NCBI GenBank assembly: GCA_037441705.1
Contig: JBBIRR010000001.1
Location: 160,001-224,000 of the forward strand
Source: Ignavibacteriales bacterium
GTDB taxonomy: Bacteria > Bacteroidota > Ignavibacteria > UBA10030 > UBA6906
Direction of reading: 5' to 3'
Length of the DNA: 64,000 nucleotides
In this document: positions 47,135 to 55,987 of the stretch, in pieces
How the letters are laid out: every line of letters begins with the position of its first letter
Position numbering within the stretch: the first letter of the stretch is position 1
Translations under genes and position numbers: made by a program
The notes under the pieces: generated by a model
What the model was told of the DNA's origin: nothing
What the model saw: only the letters and a program-made list of their open reading frames with translations
Databases searched by the model: none

Positions 47135-48486
47135 TATCTATTCTGCGGGATCAGGAGTTGGTTTATTCCATGGGCCGCCTGCTTCCCATCGGCTGCAGCA
47201 TTCACCACTTCCTTGCCGCCGTTGATGCAATCGCCGCCGGCAAAGTATTTGGGATTGCTTGTCTGCATTGTTTCCGAGTTCACCCACACCCTGCCGCGTT
47301 CGATGCGTAATCCCGGAATCGTGCCGAGGAACGTCTCTTCAATCCGCTGCCCCACAGACTTGATAACCATGTCCACAGGAATTCGGAACTCCGAGCCGGG
47401 CACGGGCACAGGTCTGCGCCTGCCTTCTTCATCCGGCTCGCCGAGCTTCATCTGCACACACTCGATCGCCTCCACGTGCGTGTTGCCGATGATGCGGACC
47501 GGAGCGGTGAGAAACTGAAAGTGAACACCATCGCTCTTCGCCAGCTCATATTCGAACTCGTACGCCGGCATTTCCTCACGACTTCGTCGGTAGATGATCA
47601 TGACGTGTTCGGCACCGAGACGCCGCGCTTCGGTCACCGCATCAATCGCCGTGTTGCCCGCGCCGATGACCGCAACGCGACGACCGACATCTATTGCAGG
47701 CCAGTTGCGCGTCGTAACGCGTTCGATGAAATCAATGGCATCCACCACGCCCGACAGATCTTCGCCGGGAATGTTCAAACGCGATGATATCCCCAACCCC
47801 ACGCCGAGAAAAATTGCGTCGTGCCGCTGCTCAAGCTCTGCAAGCGTTACGTCCTTGCCGACTTTGACGCCTGAGTGAATCTTCACGCCGAAACTCTCGA
47901 CCAGTTTCACTTCCTTGAGGGCATCCTCCTGCGACATCTTGTAGGGCGCGATGCCCCAGGTGTTCAACCCGCCCGGCTTCGGCTTTGCGTCGTACACCGT
48001 CACATCGAACCCAAGCAGCGCCGCTTCGGCAGCACAGGCAAGTCCCGCCGCGCCCGCACCGATGACTCCAACGGACTTGCCGTTCTTCGGCTTCGGCTGG
48101 AACAGCGGCGGCATTCCGTGTTCGAAGTACCAGTCAAGCGCATAACGCTGCAAGCGTCCGATTTGAATCGGCTGCTCGCCGCGTTCGTTGTACACACACG
48201 CGCCTTCACACAGCACATCCACGGGACACGCCTTCGCACACGTCAACGCAACCCAATTGGACTTCAAAATCGTTTTTGCCGATCCCTTCAGATTGCCCGT
48301 CGCGATTTTTTTGATGAATGTAGGAATATCAATGTGCGTCGGGCACGCCTTTGTGCACGGCGAGTCGTAACAATACAAACACCTATTCGCCTCCGCCACA
48401 GCGGAGTTGGTGCTGAACGGGGGATGCAGCTCCGCGAAGTTGGCTTCGTATTGCTCAGGAGTAAGTTTGGGAGCGAGAGTGTTCAT
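47134..48486 (-). CDS. preT: Dihydropyrimidine dehydrogenase subunit PreT (GltD-like)
   Basis: EANRCLYCYDSPC..ACP, C..ACP...LCEGAC, VIGAGAAGL, VIGAGNTAID, YRR, FAGGDC.NGG.EVV.A. Confidence 0.93.
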   Translation of the reverse strand: MNTLAPKLTPEQYEANFAELHPPFSTNSAVAEANRCLYCYDSPCTKACPTHIDIPTFIKKIATGNLKGSAKTILKSNWVALTCAKACPVDVLCEGACVYNERGEQPIQIGRLQRYALDWYFEHGMPPLFQPKPKNGKSVGVIGAGAAGLACAAEAALLGFDVTVYDAKPKPGGLNTWGIAPYKMSQEDALKEVKLVESFGVKIHSGVKVGKDVTLAELEQRHDAIFLGVGLGISSRLNIPGEDLSGVVDAIDFIERVTTRNWPAIDVGRRVAVIGAGNTAIDAVTEARRLGAEHVMIIYRRSREEMPAYEFEYELAKSDGVHFQFLTAPVRIIGNTHVEAIECVQMKLGEPDEEGRRRPVPVPGSEFRIPVDMVIKSVGQRIEETFLGTIPGLRIERGRVWVNSETMQTSNPKYFAGGDCINGGKEVVNAAADGKQAAHGINQLLIPQNR

Positions 48487-48953
48487 AGAGGGTTGGGGTC
48501 GTCAGATTCTGGATTCATGATGTTTGATTGGGGACTCAAGAACAGATCATAATCAGAAGTTGGCTCTTTTAGGAATCCTGGAGTTGAGTGAGAAGCCTCC
48601 ACAGCTTCGATGAACCGGAGCAGCATTTTGCTCTGTCGAACATATTCCGAGACGAGATCCTTGTACAAGCTTTGATCCGTTAGTGAACCTGTTTCAAGCA
48701 GAAAGGTCAAATGCTCTGTCGTCTCTTCACATGATCCGTATGCCCGATAGACATAGTGAAGAAACTCAGCTTTATACTTACGCAGAGCAAATCCTTCTAC
48801 TATCTGGGCGGAGATGGATTTTGATGACCTTCTGACCTGACTGCCTTCTTCATACCACTCAAACTTCGGCAAAGCCAGAGTCATTTGATGAACTCTCACG
48901 GCGAGCGAATGGGAAAGTTTGTAGCTGTCCAATCGTTTGTACCCAGCTTCCAT
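48483..48953 (-). CDS. Four helix bundle protein (TIGR02436 family)
   Basis: YKRLDSY, LPKFE.YEEGSQVRRSSKSISAQIVEG, F..Y...AYGSC.ET..HL; ATGA overlap with the preT start. Confidence 0.92.
   Translation of the reverse strand: MEAGYKRLDSYKLSHSLAVRVHQMTLALPKFEWYEEGSQVRRSSKSISAQIVEGFALRKYKAEFLHYVYRAYGSCEETTEHLTFLLETGSLTDQSLYKDLVSEYVRQSKMLLRFIEAVEASHSTPGFLKEPTSDYDLFLSPQSNIMNPESDDPNPL
48503..48537. repeat. Heptamer array (TGGATTC-like) inside the 3' end of the four-helix-bundle gene
   Basis: cagattc tggattc atgatgt ttgattg gggactc; reverse complement of the array at 48993-49048. Confidence 0.6.
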
Positions 48954-48992
48954 TCCTCAATCCTCCTTTCTTTGATTAACCGTCCATCTGCA

Positions 48993-49048
48993 GACCCAGA
49001 ATCCAGCAGCCACAATCTTGAATCCAGCATCCACAATCCGGATTCAAC
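48993..49048. repeat. Heptamer array (AATCCAG-like) upstream of the four-helix-bundle gene
   Basis: gacccag aatccag cagccac aatcttg aatccag catccac aatccgg; abuts the aminotransferase stop at 49044. Confidence 0.8.
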
Positions 49049-50384
49049 TAAGCAGTACAACCTCCTCATCAGCTATCCTCAACGCCTCATCCAGCGCTGT
49101 CACGCCGCTGTCGATTTCTTCTTTCGTGATGATCAACGGCGGAGCGATCACGAAATGGCTGATCCACGCCTGCACGAACACACCGTTCTTCATCATCTCG
49201 GCGGCGACCTTGTCCACCACAAGCGGCTTGCCGGAGACTTTGTCGGCCTTGGTGTTGAAAGGCTCTTTCGTTTTCTGATTCTTCACCAACTCGACTGCCC
49301 AGAAGAGTCCGATGCCCCGAACATCACCGATGCTTTTGTGCTTTGACTTCAGCGCGTGCAACTTCTCGCCGAGGTAGGTCCCCAGTTCCCGTGCCCGCGT
49401 GTTCGTATCCAGTCTTTTCATTTCTCGAATTGCTGCAATGGCGGGTGCCAGCGTCAACGGATGGGCTTCGTACGTGTGCCCGTGCGAGAAGTAGTGATCG
49501 TCGAAATAGGCTGCGATGGATTTCGTCGTGGCACACAAGCCGAGCGGCACGTACGCCGTCGTAATACCTTTTGCCGTTGTGAGGATGTCGGGCTTCACGC
49601 CCCAGTGATCGACAGCGAACCACGCGCCGGTGCGGCTCCATCCGCTCATGACTTCATCGGCAATCAGCAGTACGTTGTGCTTGTCGCAGATCGCCCGCAA
49701 GCGCGGCAGGTATTCCTTCGGCGGCACGAGCACGCCGTTGGTTCCAACAACAGGCTCGACCAGCACAGCGGCGACATCGCCTTCATTTTCAATCATGTGC
49801 TCGATGTACTCGACGCACGCGATGCCGCACTCGGGATAGTGATGCAACAGCGGACATTTGTAGCAGTTCACCTCCGGTGCGAAGATGACACCGGGAATCT
49901 TCCCGGCCGGCTCCATTGCCCAGCGCCGCGGATCGCCTGTTGCGGCAATCGAACCCATCGTCGAGCCGTGGTAACTCCGATAGCGCGCGATGATCTTCGT
50001 TCTGCCTGTATACATGCGCGCAATCTTGAACGCCGCCTCATTCGCTTCCGTCCCGGACGTTGTGAAGAAAAATTTCTCCAATCCTTGCGGCAAAACATCC
50101 AGCAACTCCATGCTCAGCTCGGCACGCACCTCCGTTGCGTACCCGGGACCGATATAGGGAAGTGTGCGCGCTTGCTGCTCGATGGCTGCAATAACCGCCG
50201 CATTCTTGTGTCCCAGATGGACGCACATCAGTTGCGAGGAGAAGTCAAGATAGCGCTTGCCATTCCCATCAACAAAGTAGCAACCTTCGGCATCGGCGAT
50301 GTGCAGAGGTTTCCAGCCTTTTTGGAAGCGCCACGTGCCGTAGGTGTATCGGGCGGTGAGGTCGGTGATTTCTTGTGAAGTCAT
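49044..50384 (-). CDS. Class III PLP aminotransferase (likely beta-alanine transaminase)
   Basis: YLDFSSQL, SGTEANE, SYHGST, EPVVG, LIADEVMSG..RTG, PDILTTAKG, HGHTY.AHP, DVRG.GL; pyrimidine catabolism context. Confidence 0.9.
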   Translation of the reverse strand: MTSQEITDLTARYTYGTWRFQKGWKPLHIADAEGCYFVDGNGKRYLDFSSQLMCVHLGHKNAAVIAAIEQQARTLPYIGPGYATEVRAELSMELLDVLPQGLEKFFFTTSGTEANEAAFKIARMYTGRTKIIARYRSYHGSTMGSIAATGDPRRWAMEPAGKIPGVIFAPEVNCYKCPLLHHYPECGIACVEYIEHMIENEGDVAAVLVEPVVGTNGVLVPPKEYLPRLRAICDKHNVLLIADEVMSGWSRTGAWFAVDHWGVKPDILTTAKGITTAYVPLGLCATTKSIAAYFDDHYFSHGHTYEAHPLTLAPAIAAIREMKRLDTNTRARELGTYLGEKLHALKSKHKSIGDVRGIGLFWAVELVKNQKTKEPFNTKADKVSGKPLVVDKVAAEMMKNGVFVQAWISHFVIAPPLIITKEEIDSGVTALDEALRIADEEVVLLS

Positions 50385-50443
50385 GTTCTTGAGTCTTAGC
50401 GCGACGTGAAGGATCGGTGGTTTCTTGTGATGGTAATTATTCT

Positions 50444-50484
50444 GGTTCGGGGTTCGGCGTTGGGGTTCAAGGTTCAAGGTTCAG
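50444..50484. repeat. Solo heptamer array (GGTTCRR)
   Basis: ggttcgg ggttcgg cgttgg ggttcaa ggttcaa ggttcag in the intergenic region. Confidence 0.75.
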
Positions 50485-50501
50485 GCACATGTGCACATCT
50501 C

Positions 50502-51371
50502 TCACATTTCGACAAGCTGTTTGTACAGGTCGGGCCGGCGATCCCGGAAGAACTGCCACACCTCCCGCACTTCTTTGATCATGTCCAGATCGAGATCGGC
50601 AACAACCAGCTCATCTTTGTCGCGACTGGCTTGCGCGATGATTTTGCCGCGCGGGTTGCAGAAGTAACTCTTGCCATAAAACTCGCCGATGTTCCACGGC
50701 GCTTCGATGCCGACCCGATTGATCGCGCCGACGAAGTACCCGTTGGCAACGGCATGTGCCGGCTGTTCCAACTCCCAGAGATATTCCGAGAGTCCCGCGA
50801 CCGTTGCCGACGGATTGAAAACTATCTCCGCCCCATTTAGTCCGAGGCAGCGCGCCCCTTCCGGAAAATGGCGATCATAACAAATGTACACACCCACTTT
50901 AGCGTAGCGTGTGCTGAACACCGGGTAGCCGAGATTGCCGGGACGAAAATAGAATTTTTCCCAAAATCCCGGATCCACCTGCGGGATGTGCGTCTTGCGA
51001 TACTTACCGAGATACGATCCATCGGCATCGAGCACGGCAGCGGCGTTGTAATACACTCCCGTCATCTCTTCTTCGTAGATCGGTACAACCATCGCCATCT
51101 TATATTTCTTTGCAAACTCCTGCATCAGCTTCACCGTCGGTCCGTCGGGGATCTTTTCCGTCATGTTGTACCATTTGGATTTCTGTTCCGCGCAGAAGTA
51201 GGGTCCGTAGAAAATTTCCTGCAAGCAGAGAATCTGCACGCCTTTCTTCCCCGCCTCCTCGATGAAGGGAATGTGCTTGTCAATCATCGCCTTCTTGATG
51301 ACGTCGAGAGGCCGGTCGTTGGAGGTGGCAATGGAACACTGGATCAAACCGCAGGTGACGGTACGTGGCAT
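50502..51371 (-). CDS. Nitrilase-superfamily amidohydrolase, probable beta-ureidopropionase
   Basis: Catalytic E-K-C triad: LCLQEIF, YRKTHIP, ICYDRHFPEG; FWEKFYF.PG; first gene of the preTA-hydA operon. Confidence 0.88.
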   Translation of the reverse strand: MPRTVTCGLIQCSIATSNDRPLDVIKKAMIDKHIPFIEEAGKKGVQILCLQEIFYGPYFCAEQKSKWYNMTEKIPDGPTVKLMQEFAKKYKMAMVVPIYEEEMTGVYYNAAAVLDADGSYLGKYRKTHIPQVDPGFWEKFYFRPGNLGYPVFSTRYAKVGVYICYDRHFPEGARCLGLNGAEIVFNPSATVAGLSEYLWELEQPAHAVANGYFVGAINRVGIEAPWNIGEFYGKSYFCNPRGKIIAQASRDKDELVVADLDLDMIKEVREVWQFFRDRRPDLYKQLVEM

Positions 51372-51439
51372 CGGTCAAGTCCTTCTGAAATGATGAGAGA
51401 GAAAATGAAAATCTTACGACGGCATATGCGAGGACGTTC

Positions 51440-52777
51440 TTATCGAACAAGAACCAGTTTCTGAACTCGCAGTTCATTCTCCGCTTCGAGCCGATAGAAA
51501 TACACCCCCGACGGAATATCGGACAGATCAAGATGCACGGCATAATAGCCCGCGCTCTGATGTTCCGCAACGAGCGTGCGAACCGGACGACCGAGAAGGT
51601 CGTACACGCGTAACAACACATGTGCAGCGCGCGGAATTCCGTAGCGGATTGTCGTTGACGGATTGAGAGGATTGGGATAGTTCTGAAACAGTACCAGTGT
51701 CGAAGGCACCAGGGGCTGCATCGAAGCCACAGAAGATGGATTGAAATACCGCACGGCACGCCTCCAGAAAATCGCCACCGTGTCCGTACCGGAAACGACG
51801 CGTGCCGAGATCGTGTCGGTTCCCGGAAGCGTCGGGGCGGTGAGCGTCGCGGAGTATGTGCCATTCCCGTTGTCGCTGACGGCCCCGAGGGTTCCGGCTC
51901 CTGTGTTGCGCAGCAGGATCGTTCGTCCCGGCGCAAGCAGCGTGTCGGAATTGTTTTTGGGGATGATCAGAATCGCTGCCGCAGACGTTCCGTTGGCCGG
52001 CAGAGAATCGGGCGTGACAGCAAGTTGTGAGAGGAACGGATCGACACGCGTGCGAAGCGAATCCTTCCATTGATCGAACATCGTGTGCAGGATGGTGATC
52101 GGATCGCTTCCGACGGGGGAATCCGGAACGATCTTCTGCAGGTAGGGAACGGACCCGTCGCCGATGCGCACAACTTTGATGAACGACGAACGAGACGACG
52201 TGCCGCGCGAGGCACACCGCGTATCCGCCCCGATGATTTTCGCCGCTTCGAGTGTTGCCATCAAACGATCGGCAAGCGGTCCCGGCGTGCGCAGGAAGGT
52301 ATTCTTCATCGTGTCAATAATCATTTGGCCGGAGAGAATGTTGCCCTGAACGGCGTACCCTCTCCCCGTTGCGTGATTCTTGTAGTCTATGCAATTCACG
52401 CCGGTGTAGGCGGCGCTTTCGCCGCGTCGACGAAGATCAACCACGCCGTACTGACGGATCGTGGGATTGTTCTGCGCATCGTGCGCAACCATGTAATCAA
52501 TGATCTGCTGGGGGGAATCGCCGGCAAGCATGCGCTGTCGCGCCGTAAGCTGATTGGCTTCAAGGTAGGAGGCCTGCGTGTGGATAGCGCCGATCCCTTC
52601 CAGCACGTCGCTGAGAATAAACGCCCCGACGCCGTTGATGGCACCAACGCACGATGCCCCTGCGCTGCCGATTTCGCCCGTCACGGTGTCCACCGCAACA
52701 ATGGAAAAGGTATCCTGCGCAACGGCAGACCCCAAAAGAACAAACACCAACCCCACGCATGCAAGCTCTTTCTTCAT
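51440..52777 (-). CDS. Secreted DUF1028 (Ntn-hydrolase-like) protein with invasin/Big_1 domain and T9SS CTD
   Basis: Signal peptide then TFSIVAVD..TGEIGSAGASC, TQA, RQYGVVD, QGNIL; LPANG...DNGNGTYSATLT (Big_1); LFQNYPNPLNPSTTIRY. Confidence 0.85.
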   Translation of the reverse strand: MKKELACVGLVFVLLGSAVAQDTFSIVAVDTVTGEIGSAGASCVGAINGVGAFILSDVLEGIGAIHTQASYLEANQLTARQRMLAGDSPQQIIDYMVAHDAQNNPTIRQYGVVDLRRRGESAAYTGVNCIDYKNHATGRGYAVQGNILSGQMIIDTMKNTFLRTPGPLADRLMATLEAAKIIGADTRCASRGTSSRSSFIKVVRIGDGSVPYLQKIVPDSPVGSDPITILHTMFDQWKDSLRTRVDPFLSQLAVTPDSLPANGTSAAAILIIPKNNSDTLLAPGRTILLRNTGAGTLGAVSDNGNGTYSATLTAPTLPGTDTISARVVSGTDTVAIFWRRAVRYFNPSSVASMQPLVPSTLVLFQNYPNPLNPSTTIRYGIPRAAHVLLRVYDLLGRPVRTLVAEHQSAGYYAVHLDLSDIPSGVYFYRLEAENELRVQKLVLVR

Positions 52778-52852
52778 GGTTATCACCGAAGCTGGTGGGT
52801 TGAAGTGGCTACGTACAACGATAGTAGAATTGGGGAAGGAAAGCAAGAATGC

Positions 52853-53083
52853 TCAAGCAGGATTGGGCGCTTTGAAAACAGGCGCCTGCCGCCCCGAGAT
52901 GCTGTAGCGCTCCTTCAAACAGTGCAGACACATCTCTTCTTTCGCTCCCACACTGGGGTATTCCAGAACGGTTTCATAGTCGTGTGCGCCCAACAGGCAC
53001 CGCAGGCGCTTGACCAGATCGCCGAACGACGGATGATAGATGACGGTTCGGCGCGGAGAATGCTGCACGCGAAGGAGTCTCAT
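52853..53083 (-). CDS. Small hypothetical protein with C-x4-H and CxxC (DUF1660-like)
   Basis: AAGGAAGG RBS; LRCLLGAHDY...CLHC. Confidence 0.5.
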   Translation of the reverse strand: MRLLRVQHSPRRTVIYHPSFGDLVKRLRCLLGAHDYETVLEYPSVGAKEEMCLHCLKERYSISGRQAPVFKAPNPA

Positions 53084-53312
53084 GGCCTTCCTTTCGGTGA
53101 AACGAGTTTTGGTATCGGTGAAGATTGAATGCGAGAGGATTGTGGTTGCAATATACAACGCACACGTTCACAACACAAGAGGCAAGACCACGTTTCTCGA
53201 GAAATCTTCTTCTCCATTTCTCCCCGACATAATGGGAGATGGGTGACCGCGTACCTTTCAACACATTACGATGACATGAAGCCTCGCGGCAGTTTGCGTA
53301 GACGCACAGAGC

Positions 53313-55850
53313 CTAACGTATGAGCAGCATCTTCCTGGTCAAGACAAAACGTCCCGCGCGTAGTTGATAGAAGTACACACCGCTGGCCAACCCAGTGCCG
53401 TCAAACCTCACCGACTTGAACTGGGGGCCTGTGGCGCCATGACGCTTCTCGCCACCTGCATCCTGAACCCCATCCACCAGTGTTGCCACCTCGCGCCCTT
53501 GCACGTCGTACACCTTCAACGACACAAGACCTGAACCGTGAAACTTGAATCGAATGGTTGTCCAGGGGTTGAACGGGTTTGGATAGTTCTGTTCCAGCAC
53601 CATGACTGCCGGCTGCTCAGGTTCCTCTCCCACAGCAGTAAGGGAGCTGAGAAGTCGTCGCTCATACACACCATTGCTGTGCGTCGCTGCACGCAGCACG
53701 CGGTGGGATGGCGAGACGACGAGGTCGGCAACAATCACAGCTTCGGGCAATCCGTCGTTGAAGCTCATCCACGCTGCGCCGCCATTGGTCGAGACGAACA
53801 CGCCGACGTCCGTCCCAACATACACATGATTCGTATTGAACGGATCAATCGCAACCGCGGTGGCAGGCACATTCAGCAGCGTGCCGCTGATGTCACTCCA
53901 GCTCAGGCCGCAATCCACTGACTTTGCGACCCGCATCGTATCGAAGCCACCGATGGCCACGTACACAACACGCGCATCGCGCGGGTCAACGGCGATATCC
54001 ATGTAGTAGCGGTTCGGAAGCGGACCGGTGACATCCTCCCACGTGATTCCGCCGTTCGTCGTCCTGAACAGATGAGGGCGTGCGATGCCCGGCACCGTAC
54101 CCACGAAAACCGTGTCGGGATGTGTCGGCGCAATCGCCATCGAAAGCATCGGATTGCCGTCGAGCGGCACACCGGCGTTGGTTGCAAACCAGCTCGTGCC
54201 CCCGTTCGTCGTCTTAGAAACGACGCTTCTTCCAAAATAGAGGACGTTTGGATGCGACGCCGAAAGAACAAACGGAGTATTCCAGCATGCCGCCCCGCTG
54301 AAATTCCCCGGCAGCGAACTGAACGAGACGCCGCGGTTCGTTGATCGGTAGATGCTGCCGCCTCCGCGGTTTCCCGCATACTGAATCAGATCGTTCTGTT
54401 GATTGATCGCCGTCCACCCAATCTCATCCACGCCGCCCGAGGGCCATGAAAGCGAGCCGACGTATTTGAAGCCGAAATGATCCTGCACGTGGCCCAATGC
54501 CATGAACGAATCCTGCGCCGAGCAGGAGAAGCCGTTGTAGAACTGCGACGTCAGCAGTCCCTGACTCGCGTTCTCATACGTCTCGCCGAAGTCCGTCGAA
54601 CGGTAGACGCCGCCATCACTCACCACATACAGTATGTTGGGGTTGGTAGGATGATGAGCGAAGTTGTGCATGTCGTAGTACGCACCGGATCGCTGCGAAG
54701 AGGTGACGCCGCCGTTGGTTGACTTGAAAATGTACACGCCGCCTCGCACCACCTGATTTGCGTCGGTGGGGTGCACGGCAGCGAATTGCGAGTACCAGCC
54801 CTGGACGCCGTAGAGCGCCTCGCTGCTCAGAAGTGTCCAGCTTGCACCGAAGTCCGTCGTGCGCCAGAGTGTGCCCGTACCCGTGGTGCTATCGGCAAGA
54901 CTTGCGAGTACGTACAGCGGGTTCGACCTTTGTTGCGAAAGCATCCCTTTGCCCGAGAACGCCGGCAGTCCGCCGATCATCGAAAAGGATTCGCCGCCAT
55001 CGGTCGAGCGATAGACGCCGCGACCCGGTGAGCCGAAGTTGCCGCATGTTGCAAGCACCTGTGTTGTATCCCACGCGTTGATGACGATGTCCTGTGCAAG
55101 CAGCGCGCTCAGTGTCTGATACCATGTTGCACCGGCATCCTTCGATTTGAAAATCCCTTCCGAGGTTGCTGCAAACACTGTGTTCGGGTTCAGAGGATTC
55201 AGCCTGATAGCTTGCACCCCGCGCTGTTGATGGTACGACCAGTCGAGGCTCCTCGTCCATGTTGCGCCGCCGTCGGTGGTCTTCAAAACGCCCATGCCGT
55301 AACTTCCGCGCGTCGTACGGATGACGATGCCGCCCGTCGAACCCTGGTAGCGATACACCTCCCCCGTCCCGATGTAGATGGTGTTCGTGTCGGTTGGATG
55401 GATGGCAATGGCGTTCACACCAAGCACCGGGTAACCGGTTTCCACTCGATGCCAGTCCCCGCCGAGCCCGCCGGTAAACGAGCGCCACAACCCGCCGCTT
55501 GCCGAGCCTGCGTAAACCGTCGAGGGATTCAGCGGATTCAACGCCACGGCGAGCATTCTTCCCGCGAAGTTGATCGGGCCGATCGATCGCCACATATCGA
55601 GCGCCGACGAGCGCGCCTCGGTCATTGTCTGCTTCACGTTTTCGAAAGCCCGGTACTGGGCATCGGGCGAGATATCGGCAAACGGGTACGCGCGCGACTG
55701 CGTCCACAACTGCAGCGCCTGCAGTGCATCCGAAGCGCTTTCCCGATCTCTGAGATCAAGCGGCAGAACGAACGTGAGAAAGAAGAGCAGAACCGAAAGA
55801 AGAATGAACTGTTTACGGTAATTGGTCACCATGCGATCAGACTGGCTCAC
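53313..55850 (-). CDS. Secreted BNR/VPS10-type beta-propeller protein with T9SS CTD
   Basis: WRSIGP...GR, YAGSASGGLW, many S/T.DGG.TW Asp-box repeats, YVGTDVGVF, ATHSNGVY; CTD LEQNYPNPFNP.TTIRF. Start may be ATG 55832. Confidence 0.88.
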   Translation of the reverse strand: MSQSDRMVTNYRKQFILLSVLLFFLTFVLPLDLRDRESASDALQALQLWTQSRAYPFADISPDAQYRAFENVKQTMTEARSSALDMWRSIGPINFAGRMLAVALNPLNPSTVYAGSASGGLWRSFTGGLGGDWHRVETGYPVLGVNAIAIHPTDTNTIYIGTGEVYRYQGSTGGIVIRTTRGSYGMGVLKTTDGGATWTRSLDWSYHQQRGVQAIRLNPLNPNTVFAATSEGIFKSKDAGATWYQTLSALLAQDIVINAWDTTQVLATCGNFGSPGRGVYRSTDGGESFSMIGGLPAFSGKGMLSQQRSNPLYVLASLADSTTGTGTLWRTTDFGASWTLLSSEALYGVQGWYSQFAAVHPTDANQVVRGGVYIFKSTNGGVTSSQRSGAYYDMHNFAHHPTNPNILYVVSDGGVYRSTDFGETYENASQGLLTSQFYNGFSCSAQDSFMALGHVQDHFGFKYVGSLSWPSGGVDEIGWTAINQQNDLIQYAGNRGGGSIYRSTNRGVSFSSLPGNFSGAACWNTPFVLSASHPNVLYFGRSVVSKTTNGGTSWFATNAGVPLDGNPMLSMAIAPTHPDTVFVGTVPGIARPHLFRTTNGGITWEDVTGPLPNRYYMDIAVDPRDARVVYVAIGGFDTMRVAKSVDCGLSWSDISGTLLNVPATAVAIDPFNTNHVYVGTDVGVFVSTNGGAAWMSFNDGLPEAVIVADLVVSPSHRVLRAATHSNGVYERRLLSSLTAVGEEPEQPAVMVLEQNYPNPFNPWTTIRFKFHGSGLVSLKVYDVQGREVATLVDGVQDAGGEKRHGATGPQFKSVRFDGTGLASGVYFYQLRAGRFVLTRKMLLIR

Positions 55851-55987
55851 GCCAAATAGACTCAGAGTCGATGACAGGGCACGAACGAATCAATTGTTCT
55901 CACGAGGAATAAGGCTGCACCCGAAAAACACAAGCGGTCGTCTCAGGCCTGAGATGACCGCTTTCAAATGTCCTCTGCGATGATGCG

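Noticed and set aside
47134-48486. Glutamate synthase small subunit gltD
   Set aside because: Same fold, but there is no gltB and the neighbours preA, hydA and the ureidopropionase identify it as PreT.
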